This document shows, piece after piece, positions 47,308 through 58,008 of a DNA stretch of 64,000 bases. Below the pieces are notes generated by a model. It was not told the DNA's origin, did not search any database, and saw nothing but the letters and a program-made list of their open reading frames with translations. Made by a program: the position numbers and the translations under genes. Origin of the DNA: a virus (taxonomy: Duplodnaviria > Caudoviricetes); IMG/VR virus record IMGVR_UViG_3300037424_001593, positions 12,964 through 76,963 of that record, one strand, 5' to 3'. How positions within the stretch are numbered: position 1 is the stretch's first letter; every line of letters begins with the position of its first letter.

Positions 47308-50014
47308 ATGGGCGTGAAGGCTCGCAAGCGCGCACGTCGGCGGGATCGACGACTCGCCAAGCAGCGCCCCGGACGCCTCCCCAAGAAGGCGGGGATTGTG
47401 GGGCACGGAACAGCGCTTACGGTGAGCCACGAACAAGGTCCCGCGCATCCGACGACGCCCGAAGAGATCCGCAACATGCTTCTGCGACGTGTGCGGCGAT
47501 GAAAGTGGGGTTTTGTGCTGGTTGAGAAACTCTTCACCGACCTGAAAGTCGGCGACACCGTGTGGATGCACCGCGCGCCATCGCACGATGGTTGCCCCTC
47601 GCTTTTTCGTGGTGAGGTCTCAAGACGCGCACGCGGATACATCCACGTAGGCAGCAAAAAAGTCGCGCTGCGGATCACCAACACCGTCTGGGAAAACGAC
47701 ACGTGCCGATTCGTGTACGGCGAATACAGCACCTCGGTGCTCGTCTACGCGTCGAAAGACGCTGCCGTACTCGGCTTGTGGGCGCTCACGGAGCGCGCAC
47801 GGATCGCATCGTGTGTAGGGCTGACGACGCGTGTGTCGCACGCGCAGCTTCTGCAAATCGCAGAGTACATCGGCTTCGCACCACTTCCGGAGGAGTGACA
47901 TGTTCTTGAAGATGCCCACAGCGTATGACAACGCGCGTGTACGTGTAGACGCCTACTGGCCGAACGCAGACCACGAAATCCGGGTCCTTTTTCAGCAGGG
48001 AAATACGATCTACTTGGCGTTCCCCACGATGGAGGATCGCGATGCGTTCCTCGAGCGAATGGACAACTGCGCGATGAACGCGCTCACGGTACCACCTGAC
48101 TCGGTGGCGGGTGGAATCACCTACGAAGGCGACGACTGATGTTCAGCACCGCGTGCATCGCATTCGGCACCTTCGTATGGGGCATCTTCCTCGGGCGCTA
48201 CAGCGTCCAGCGCAAGACGCGCATGCCCGTTTTCAGCGTCGAAGGTTCGGTTGTCACCGCTGTCTGGCGCGGTACGACGTACTTCGCCATAACACATACG
48301 CCCGATGAGCTTGTGCCGTGGTATCAGTGGGCCCGTCTCGACAACCGCTATGCGTGGATTGAGCAACGCGGGCACCTCGAACGGATGCATCGCTTACACC
48401 TCGCGCGTGAAGCGGACACGCGCAAGCTTCTCGCGGAGTACACGGCATGAGCCACGACGTGGATCTTTACGCCTGCGCGCTCAACTTCATCAAGGGCGTC
48501 ACGCGCTTTCGTCTCATGAAGGCGCAGCACGCGCAGCACACATCGTACGCCTGGAATCGTGCAGGGGCGCACCCTGCGTTCCCGTGCAGTTGGCAGAGAC
48601 GCGCAGCCGAGCTCTCACTCGAGGCGCGTGTAGCAACGCAGGAATGGCTCGAGGCGGATCGTATCTACCAACGCATGAAGAACAAGCCCGACTTCTCGAA
48701 CCTCGACATCAACGCGGCCCTCGCAATCGGAGCAAAGAAATGACCGGACTCGAACCTGTGGTGGACTTCCTCGAGCGCCACGTTCAAAGCTTGCGCGCCG
48801 TCGCAGTAGCACACCAGAAAGATGCGGGTGCGTGTTCTGATCTGGACGATCTACCCGAACCCCTTGCGGTCATCCTTCAACGCGCACGTGCACGAAGGTT
48901 CGTAGTGCTACGGGAACGCTTTGACGCGTGGGCTGAAGCGGATGCTGTTTTGCGCAACGCGAAAGACGTGCACAAGCGCTGCGTGCCGCGTCCGCGCTGG
49001 CAACCTTTCCCGTGTGCCGTCTGCGGTGGTGGCGCCTGGGAGGACTACGTTGTGTACGACGCCGTGTGGACCGCGGCGGGGCTTTCGCGTGAGAAAGGCG
49101 TGTTTGCTTGTATCTCCTGTGTCGCTGATCGACTTGGTCGTCCGCTGACGAAGGCAGATTTCCCACCCGTCCCAGCCAACAACGCTGTGCTGTACGGCCT
49201 CGCGCACAGCAAGAGCATCCCTCTCCGCGGGCGTGTGTGATGGCTTGGAACGGCGGTAAAAACTGGGTTCGTAAGCAGCCCACGCTCGGCATGCTCGAGC
49301 TCCTCAGCACGCTCGCAACGTGTGGCTCGCAAGCTCGCATGTGCGAGCTCCGCAAGCGCACAGGGCGCAAAGGAGACTCGCTCCGCGGCACACTTCGAAC
49401 GCTCAAGCGGATGGGTCTCGTCGCAGAGAGCAAAGTCCGCGAGCAGAGTCAGTATCGACCGGTGTTCGTGGTGACGGAGAAAGGACGGGTGTACGTGTGA
49501 GCTACGATGACGATGACGACAACTGGGACGAAGACGTGCCTGAAGACGTGCATGTGCGCATCCACGAGAAGGTGCAGATCCATATCGACACGGCGGCCAA
49601 CATGGTAACGCTGCAAGTCGGCTACAGCATGGAGGCTATCCAGGCGCGCTTGTCGGTAGCCGAAGCGTTGCAGTTGATCCGCGGACTCGAAGCGGCCGTC
49701 CGCATCGCGCGTCGTGCGGAGCCTGCGTCGTAAGGGAACAGATGCCAAAATACCAGCTCAAGGATGATTCGCTGCCCGCGATCTTCGCGCGTGACGAAGA
49801 CTGGGTGCTTCGCCCGGTAAACAGCGCCACGCGCGCGGCAAACGATCGACGCATCCTGTGTCGCGCGCTCAAAGCAGCGCTCCGGGACGTCGAGCAGCGC
49901 AAGGCAGAGCTCGAGAAGATGCTCAGCGGCGCTGCGGAGCTTGGGCGTGGCTTACGCGAATCCGAGCGCTGCAAGCAAGAGCTCAAGAAAGCTCGGCCCG
50001 CGAACAAGCCGTAG
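47308..50014 (+). CDS. Rightward operon of about nine small hypothetical ORFs (including winged HTH 49240..49500)
   Basis: Coupled overlaps; CxxC...CxxC protein at 48740..49240. Confidence 0.55.
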
Positions 50015-50506
50015 CGCGCGCTTCGTGATCACAGCGGCCCACGCGTCGTAGGCCTCGGGTGTGAAGTGCACGCCGTCTTCGCGCTGCCCCGTGCGTGTGA
50101 CGCCGCGCGAATCGAGCCACTCGACGCGGCCGCCGAGGAGCATGCCGTACTTCTCCGCGGTGTCCTCGTGCCGAGCTCGAGCGTCGTCTGCGCCATCCGC
50201 GCGCGCTGTCGCGGGACCCACCCAGAGCGAACGCCGCGGCTCGATGATCCCGAGTGCGTTCTGGATCGCGGTGCGCACGTCGTCGATGGGTGACGCGCGC
50301 CAGTCGTCGTTGCCGCCGATCTCGAACACAACGTGCGTGGCGCCGGCGGCCGCGCGAGAGAGCTCGCCTGTGCTCAGGTACCAGCCGAGCGACTTGCCCG
50401 CGTTCGCGACGACGGTGCTCTCTACGCCCTCGAGCGCGAGCTGCGTCTTGATGCGCGGCCCGAGCGCCTGCATGTGGCTGTCACCGATGAGCGCGACGAG
50501 CGTCAT
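49952..50506 (-). CDS. SGNH/GDSL hydrolase
   Basis: LIGDSH, IGGND, DGVH. Confidence 0.85.
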   Translation of the reverse strand: MTLVALIGDSHMQALGPRIKTQLALEGVESTVVANAGKSLGWYLSTGELSRAAAGATHVVFEIGGNDDWRASPIDDVRTAIQNALGIIEPRRSLWVGPATARADGADDARARHEDTAEKYGMLLGGRVEWLDSRGVTRTGQREDGVHFTPEAYDAWAAVITKRALRLVRGPSFLELLLAALGFA

Positions 50507-50708
50507 GCTTGAAGTCTACGTTCGTCCACAAGGTTCGGCCACGCGCGCCAGCACAGGTCACGCGCGGCATCCTGCTCTACAGGCGTCATCGCCTCGAACA
50601 CGACGTCCGCTTGCTCGAGCAGCGCGCGATCGAGCTCTGCGCGGTGTTCCGGATGACGCCGGAGCGAGCAAAGCGTATCGACGATCGTCGTGAACTGCGC
50701 AAGCCTCA

Positions 50709-51172
50709 TCACCGCGGGACCTTCCGGCGCGCTTTCTTGCACGCCTTGCGCGCGACGGAGTAGGCGATTGCGAGACACTGCGCGCGGCTCTTGTCGGTGC
50801 GGCACAAGCACTCGCGCACGTTCTGCGTGAACGCTTTTTTCGTGCAGCGCTTCGTCATCCGCTTGCGGACTTTCGCGCAGCGCTTTTTCTTGCGCGCGAC
50901 GCCTTCTACACCGCACGAGCAGGCCATCACTTCCTCCTGCGACGACGTGTGACGCCTGAGACACCGCGATCACGTTTGGACGCAGTGCACTTCATCCCAC
51001 CACTCGCGTAGTGATAGCACATGCAGTTGTAGCCGAGATTTTTGATGCGGTTGCGAAGGGCGTCGGCGGTGACGCGAAGCTCCTTGGCGGCCGCCTTGCG
51101 CGTCTCGTGCTTTGCTTCGAGAAGCAGCGTTGTTACGACCTTGCAGACTTCGTTGGCCTCACGCTTGTTCAT
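50709..51172 (-). CDS. Two small basic proteins (50709..50927, 50927..51172)
   Basis: Lys/Arg/Cys-rich; KAF.QNVRE...AQCLAIAYS. Confidence 0.55.
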
Positions 51173-51912
51173 CGCTTCTTCCTCTTCTTCCCCGCGCCGG
51201 AGAGATCTTTGTGCGCGCCGCACTGCAGCGCGTAGATGGGTTCGCTGACCATGATTTCTTCGCTGCCACGCTTCTCGAAGCGCTTGTACGCGCCCGCTGC
51301 GACAGCGCGACCCTTCTCATGCTGCTTCTTCCAGAACGCGTTCGAGGCGCTGTCCGGGAGGCGCAGGTACGAGACGAGCGGCTCGCCCGCTTCGCACGCG
51401 TCTTTTGCGGCACGTTCGTAGAGCTTCGTGCCGTAGCCCTTGCGCTTGTTCCGCCCGTACGTCTCGATCGAATCCACGGTGCGAATGAACGGGAGCGACG
51501 TCAACGCCTTCGCGCATTTGCGTGAGTGGCCTTCGCGGCATGCGTCCTTCGTGGGCTTCTCGCGCGTGACGTACATCTCGCTGACGACGTCTTCTTCCTC
51601 GCCGTCCGTGCATGTCATCCAGTAGTAGGTCTGGTTGCCGACCGGCATCGCGTGCACTTCGCACTGCTCGAGTGCGCCGAAGCCCCGCCCCTTGCGCCGA
51701 CGCATGCCGTTCAGCGTTGGGAGATCCGCGTGCTCGTCCTCGCCGTAGTCGAGCGTCGGGAGGTCACGCGTGTGTTCGTCCTCTATACGTGGCGCTTGAT
51801 CGCGCGCGAGCGACGACACGCAACGGTAGTGCGCAGGGACGAGCACGCGCCGTCGTCCGTCGCACGCTACGGGCTTCGGGCCTTCTAGGGCGGGGGATCG
51901 ACGCTTCGGCAT
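51169..51912 (-). CDS. GNAT-family acetyltransferase with N-terminal extension
   Basis: VDSIET...KRKGYGTKLYERA (motif A); GRGFG in leader. Confidence 0.65.
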   Translation of the reverse strand: MPKRRSPALEGPKPVACDGRRRVLVPAHYRCVSSLARDQAPRIEDEHTRDLPTLDYGEDEHADLPTLNGMRRRKGRGFGALEQCEVHAMPVGNQTYYWMTCTDGEEEDVVSEMYVTREKPTKDACREGHSRKCAKALTSLPFIRTVDSIETYGRNKRKGYGTKLYERAAKDACEAGEPLVSYLRLPDSASNAFWKKQHEKGRAVAAGAYKRFEKRGSEEIMVSEPIYALQCGAHKDLSGAGKKRKKR

Positions 51913-51914
51913 AG

Positions 51915-52091
51915 GAGGTAGCTACCTCTCTTCTTATCCCACGAGGGGTAGCTACCTCCCCCGTTGCTACCAGGTAGCTACTCCAGGGCGGCAGGGTAGC
52001 TACCTAATATGTAGGTCTTTATCCCACATATGTATTACCTATAATAGGTCATACCTTTTCTTCTGTCAGTAAAGAATATATTTACTGACGG
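51915..52091. promoter_or_regulatory. Palindrome-rich control region between divergent late (left) and early-type (right) genes
   Basis: GGTAGCTACC x3 plus 2 degenerate, late motif at 51932, ACCTAT-A-ATAGGT, GTCAGTAAA-N7-TTTACTGAC. Confidence 0.7.
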
Positions 52092-52265
52092 CACGTCTCA
52101 CTAGGGTACGAACGAAAGGGACACGAGACACAGCACACGCGGGGGCGAGCCTCGCGATCACGCGACTCCGGCAACGGCGGACCCGAATGCGTCGGTTCGA
52201 TCACGTGCCCCGTGCAGCCACTCTGCACGGACGCTAGCGGTTCATTGACATTCTAAGGAAACAAA

Positions 52266-55200
52266 CGATCGCGAAATGCGTGTCGTGCGCGAGCTTCGGT
52301 TCGCGCATCACGCGGAGGTCACGATCATGATGAAACCTGAGTACACGAACGAACCGTTCGTTTGGTACGACGAGCATGGCGACTGCGTAAGCATCCCCGC
52401 GGACGTGGCGAACACGCTCCCAGAGGGCACCGAGTACTTCGCGTACGAAACCGGAAAGTGGTTCGCTCGCTTGTCGGCCCGCGGGTACCTCGACTCGACT
52501 GATTGGTCGGGCCCGTTCGACACGATCGAGAAAGCGAAAGCGCACATCGTGCGCGTGTTCGAGGTGGACGCCGAAACCGGCGACGAGCTTCCCAACGACT
52601 GATCGCAGACTGCGGCCCTTCCACGACACCGTGTCGTGCATCGGGCGGAGGATACGATCCATGGTCAAGTATTTCATCGTCTACGATGGAGCCGTTTACG
52701 GCTCACGAGACACGCTCACCGACGCAATCTGCGAAGCAGCGCGGGAGGCGCAGACCAACCCGCGCAGGCGTTCGGTGAAGGTCGAAACCCAAACATGGGA
52801 CGGTGAGCGCTGGGTGCTCAACAGCACGGAAGACCTGCTCAAAGCCAGCTGCACGCGCGGCGCAAACTACAACCACGTCGCCTTTCGGTGATCGCAGACT
52901 GCGGACACCGCACGCGTCTCTCGTGCGATGCGCGGAGGATACGATCCACATGCCGAGGAGGAAAAAGAAAACAGTCACGACCGTGATTCACGTGGTTCTA
53001 GGCTTCGACACACGTGCGGTGTGCGGCGTAGCAATGCGCACTCCAAGCGGGACACCGCTCAAAGACTGCGGGGCCGCAGTGGCATCGCGGCAAGCGGCGC
53101 GCGACATGTTGCGGTTCATGGCCGATAGGGGCCACGACTACGCCATATGCACTACCTGTGAAGCAAAGAGTTGATCGCAGACTGCGGACTGCACACGAGA
53201 CATCGTGTGTAGCGCGGAGGATACGATCCATGAGTGATACGCTAACCGTCAAAGTCGAGATCGACGTGCAGCTCATTTGCGGCATGCTCGACTCGGGGAT
53301 CGAACAAGGGATCCGCTACTGGGCGCGCGACGTCCGCCCCGCAGGCTCGTCTGAGCAGTCGCTCGACGCGTGCCCCGCAAACTGCACGCTGCAAGCGTGG
53401 TACGCAGTCACAGGGCACGAGACGCGCGAGCACACGACGCTGATCGAGCACGGTGGCGAAGGCCTCGCAGTCGAGCACGTGCTCACGCACGAGAAGATCA
53501 TGCAAGGCCTCGCGCGCTTCGTGAAGCGCTATCCGCGGCGCTTCGGACAAGCGCTCTCGGGTCGATGGGACGCGGAGGACGGGGACGTCCTGATCCAACT
53601 CTCGCTCTTCGGCGACACGCTCAAATACGGCTGATCGCGCACTGCGGCGCGCACACGAAGATCGTGTGCGAGGCGGAGGATACGATCATGGCAGACACAT
53701 TCGTGCGGTTCTGCGGTTCACTGCGGATCACGCTCAAGTACAACGACAAGCCCGAAATGTGCCGCTTACAATCCGGGCCGTTTAGCGCAGCTGTGTATTC
53801 GCCTGCGACATACGATGTCCGGATCTTCGATCGCGACAACGGCGCAACGTGGGAAGGCAACGTCCGCCTTCCTGCGGCGTGGTCGAAAGCGACCGACTGT
53901 CGTGAAGCAATCACGGCGACTGCGCGTGCGGCGATCGGCTTCGCAGGTAGCGAAGGGTTCAACGTCGAGGGCGCCGAGCACGGCGAGGACGACTACGTCA
54001 TCACGGGTAAGGCCTTGTACGCGCCCGTTCCGTTTTGATCGCGCACTGCGGTTTCGTGTCGAGCACGCTCGACGCGTAAGCGGAGGACCCGATCATGGAC
54101 GACGATGAAAAATGCTGCTGTTGTGCGGCGTGCCACGACGGCCCACGGGACGCGTATTGCTGCCCCGGGTGGTTCGTGAACGCGGAGACGAACGAGATCG
54201 AGCGTTGCGACGAATGCGCGCTCTTCGCGACAGACGACGATGCGATCGCGCACTGCCGTAAGTGGAGCTTGATCCGAGAGGAGGATACGATCGATGCGAT
54301 ACCGTGTGGCAATCCTTACGGCGCCTAAAGAGGGCGCACCCAACTTCAACGATGCGATGCGTCGCGCGTTCACGCTATCTGGGCAAGGTCTGCTCACGCT
54401 GGAACGTGCGCACCACGACAACCACTTCGAAACGTTTGACGCGGCAGCGAAGTTTGCTGCTGTGATCAACGCGCACGATCCCGACGCGCAAACGAGGCTC
54501 CTCGTTTGGGGTGTCTACACGAACGAAGCGATCGGAACGACGCCTGACGGTTCCACGGCGTGGGGCCCTGCGAGGCTCGCATGAACCGGTATCGCATCGA
54601 GTACACGGACGCGGACGACCCTGGGTGCCCCATCTTCACCACGCACGTGCGCGCCGTGGACAAGCTCCACGCGGAGGAGCGCTTCTTCGATAGCGACGAT
54701 CAAGCCTGGAAAATCGTCTCTATCGCTCGCGTGGATGAACGAAACAAGTAAATAAACTGCTGCGACAAACGTCAGTAAATACAGGAAGGGTGGCAAGCAT
54801 GACGAACGAGAACGAAGAAGCGGTGAGTTACTCCGCGTATTGGAGAAGCGTGGAGCAGTCCGCGATCGAAATCGTCGCGGACGTCAAGAAGGGCGTGTGC
54901 ACCGACGTCTACGATCGCATCCACGAAGAGTGCGACGGATCGTTCTGGGTCATCTACACGCACGCCGCGATGGCGACGCTTCGCCACTCGCCGAACGACG
55001 ACGCCATCTTCGAGGACGGCAACGGGATCGAGGGCGCAACGTCGATGTCAGACGTCTACACGCGCGCCGCGTTCTGGGCGCTCCAAGCCGACATCACGGA
55101 GAAGGTGACGGAGCTTCAGGCGGAGCTAGAGGAAGCGACGGCGGAGGAAGAGTGATCGCGACCTGCGGCCAGTGCTCGATATCTCGAGCCCTGAGCGGAG

Positions 55201-55959
55201 GACACGATGAATAGGATTTTTCTCGCAGCGCTTCTTGCGCTCACCGGATGTGCGTCGGCCGAACGCATCTTCGTCGGCGAAGAGCTTGTGCCTTATGCGC
55301 AGGCCTCGGCAGCGTGCGACGCGTACGGGGCGTCTCTCGTGACGCTCGAAGACGCGAGCCCGCAAGATATCTTCGACGCGTGGCTTGCATCGCCCGTAGA
55401 TGCCGACGGCGTGTGGATCGGCGAGACGCTCGTGGGCGTCACGGGCGCGCTTTACGGCTATGCGATGATCCGCGGCGGAGGGCTCGTGCCCGTCGCCACG
55501 AACGACACCACGCACCTCGGCTTGCCGGTGTGCGTAACGCCTGAGTGATAGATACGGACTGCCCCCGGAGACCATGAGCATGAACATCACCCACAACGGC
55601 GTCGCCACTCTCGGCCACCTGTGCGACAGCAACACCACGGCGCGCCTCCGAGCCGCGACGATCGAGGAACACGACGAGTCTATCTACGCAGGCGCAGAGG
55701 GACACATTCTTGCTGTCTCGTATCGTGTTGCCCCCGAGGGCTGCACCGACGCGGATCGCTTCGATCGCGCAGGCAAGGGCAAATGGTTCGCGACGGAGCA
55801 AGAGGCGATTGATGCTGCATCGTTGCTCGATGCCATGTGCCCTATCGAGGATGGCGAATGGAGCGTCTACCGCGTCGAGCACCGCGCCTACGTAGAGGAC
55901 TAATCCTGCCCTGCGGCTCGTGCTCGACTTCGGTGGAGCGTGAAGCGGAGGACACGATG
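52266..55959 (+). repeat. Intergenic hairpin repeat family, 8 clear copies plus 1 degenerate
   Basis: (T)GATCGC(A/G)NA(C)TGCG-variable palindrome-GCGGAGG(A/T)(T/C)(A/C)CGAT(C) at 52266, 52600, 52889, 53172, 53632, 54036, 55153, 55901 (weak left arm); degenerate 54243. Confidence 0.9.
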
Positions 55960-56394
55960 CCCGAGTTCACACACGGTCCGGAGACGGACTTCAACTGCGA
56001 CTACTGCTTCGAGACGAAGAACAAGCACGTGCCCGCGCGTGTGCGGATCCTGTCATCGGATATTCCTGACGACGGGAACCCGCCGACCGACGACCGCGAG
56101 TACACGTACGCGTGTACGGACTGCGCGATCGTGCACGGACACGTCATCGCGGTAAAGGCGCACGGCGTCTACAGCGTGAACGACGTCTCGTGGTTCGAGA
56201 CTGCCGCAGGGCGTTTCACCGTGGGTGACATCGTCCGCGTACGCTCGATCGCGCGCCTCGGTACGGGCGCTGTGCTCATCCGTAAGATTCACGTCGAGCT
56301 CAGCGGCGCCGTCAACGTGACGGTGTGGCCTCTCGGCGAGCACGAGAACGCCTACGCGATCGTCAGCGGTCGCTTCATTCGAAAGGACGCGTGA
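52327..56394 (+). CDS. Array of about 12 small unrelated ORFs (52327, 52661, 52950, 53230, 53688, 54095, 54294, 54581, 54799, 55207, 55574, 55957 starts)
   Basis: Most starts lie 0-3 nt after the repeat right arm containing GGAGG. Confidence 0.75.
55207..55548 (+). CDS. Lipoprotein with C-type-lectin-like pattern
   Basis: LALTGC lipobox; YAQASAACDAYGASLV...VWIG...CV. Confidence 0.5.
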   Translation: MNRIFLAALLALTGCASAERIFVGEELVPYAQASAACDAYGASLVTLEDASPQDIFDAWLASPVDADGVWIGETLVGVTGALYGYAMIRGGGLVPVATNDTTHLGLPVCVTPE

Positions 56395-56397
56395 CCT

Positions 56398-56877
56398 GTG
56401 GACGACTTCGAACGGCTCTTGAACCGTGAGATGAACGACGCGGAGCATGAAGCGGCGGCGGACGCTGCGCTTCAGGTCGAGGAAGACTACGCGCTCAACC
56501 TCGGCGGCTATCCCGTCTTCTCATGCGAGTACGCGACCGCGTACGTGACCACGCTCGAGAGCTCCGGGCGGATCTCCGCGGGCAAGTACGCCACCGTCGG
56601 GCAGTGCGTCGCGTTCGCGCTCGCCCACTCAGCGCTCTTTCTCGAACGCCTTCGCGCGGACGGACCCGTGCGCGCGTGCACCTCGCTCAAGGAGCTCAAC
56701 GACACGCTCACGGCGTGCGCGCTCGTCCCCCATCGCGTGCACACGAAAAGCTTCCAAGGCACGCGGCTTACCGTCGTGTCCTTGCGCCGCGGAGAGCGCG
56801 TTGAGGAAGGCGTCGGCGCAGAGCTTAGCGACGCGTTCGCGATGGCTATTCGCGCGTTCGAGAGGCCGGCAGCATGA
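56398..56877 (+). CDS. Hypothetical protein
   Basis: Coherent ORF between array and recombinase. Confidence 0.5.
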   Translation: MDDFERLLNREMNDAEHEAAADAALQVEEDYALNLGGYPVFSCEYATAYVTTLESSGRISAGKYATVGQCVAFALAHSALFLERLRADGPVRACTSLKELNDTLTACALVPHRVHTKSFQGTRLTVVSLRRGERVEEGVGAELSDAFAMAIRAFERPAA

Positions 56878-57051
56878 GCGACATCGACGTCTACACAAGC
56901 CGCACACGCCTTCGGAGCTTCGCGCTCTGGGCTGATCGGCGTGCGGCCGAGCTTGTTCGCGGCGCCGGGAAACCGAGCATCGCGACCCCCGAAGAGCTGC
57001 GCGCGTTCGCGGCCGAGTGTCGATCACGCGCTGCTGCGTTAGGCTAGTGCC

Positions 57052-57942
57052 ATGGAGCTCAACCCGGTCCAGCTCAAGTTTCGCGACACGCTCATCAAGG
57101 CGGGTTATCAGCCGAGCACGGCGCTCAGCTACGTGAAGGCGCTCGATCGCGCGTCGCGGGGTCTCGCCGAGAGCCCGATGGTGACGCCCGCCGCCTGCAA
57201 GCTCTGGCTTGCGTGGGCCGAGCATCCCCTCGAGCACAACTACACGCTCGCAGCGACGAACGTGCTCGCGGCGAACGACGAGGGACTCGACGGCATCAAG
57301 CGCCGGAAGAAGGGCGCGCGGAAGAACGTCGCGCGCTCCATCCCCGACGGGCAGTGGATCGAGCTCGTGGACGCGTTCGCGCGCGGCGTCGAGGTTGAGG
57401 ACGCCGTCCTCTACGTGCTCGCGACGACGGGCCTGCGCATCAGCGACGTGCTCGGGGTGACCCGCGAAGCGCTCGTGCGCGGCAAGCGAAGCGGCGTCGT
57501 CGAGGTCTACGTGAAGGGTGGCAAGCTGCGCCGTCTTCCGTGGGCGGGCGCAGAGGAGGCGTGGAGCGCGCTTCTGGGTCGCCTCGACGCGTCTGCCACC
57601 GTTGCCGACGCGGTGACGGGCCTTCCGGAGAGCATCGCGGACGCGAACCACGCGGCCTATCAGCGCGTGCGCCGCAGGCTCCAGAGCTACAACGTCGCCG
57701 TCGCATCGAACGAGATCCGGCACGGGCAGCTCGGAGGGCTCGGAGCCGCTGCGCCCCTCGAGCGGATGTACCCGCATCGCCTTCGCCGTACGGTCGCCGT
57801 ACAAGCCCTGCGCGCGACCAACGACCTGATGGCGGTCAAGGAACTCCTCGGACACGAGGCGCTCTCGACGACTTCGACGTATCTTGATGAGGCCCGCCCG
57901 GACGTCGTGGCGGCGCTGCAGCGCAAGATTCGTGAAAAGTAA
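57052..57942 (+). CDS. Tyrosine recombinase (Xer-like size, no arm-binding domain seen)
   Basis: TGLRISD (R), VKGGK (K), HRLR (HxxR), LLGH (H), STYL (Y). Confidence 0.9.
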   Translation: MELNPVQLKFRDTLIKAGYQPSTALSYVKALDRASRGLAESPMVTPAACKLWLAWAEHPLEHNYTLAATNVLAANDEGLDGIKRRKKGARKNVARSIPDGQWIELVDAFARGVEVEDAVLYVLATTGLRISDVLGVTREALVRGKRSGVVEVYVKGGKLRRLPWAGAEEAWSALLGRLDASATVADAVTGLPESIADANHAAYQRVRRRLQSYNVAVASNEIRHGQLGGLGAAAPLERMYPHRLRRTVAVQALRATNDLMAVKELLGHEALSTTSTYLDEARPDVVAALQRKIREK

Positions 57943-58008
57943 ACGCGAAGATAAAAGTCGTGAACAAACAAGCACGACGACACGTCTCACAAACAGGTGG
58001 GTAAGACA

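Noticed and set aside
55546-55576. Additional array repeat copy
   Set aside because: Lacks the conserved arms and the central palindrome.
52266-55959. CRISPR array
   Set aside because: Repeats are separated by whole genes (230-1100 nt), have variable interiors, and no cas1/cas2 is present.
52266-55959. Canonical integron attC sites/IntI
   Set aside because: No RYYYAAC...GTTRRRY cores, and I cannot see the IntI-specific insert in the recombinase. Kept only as an analogy.
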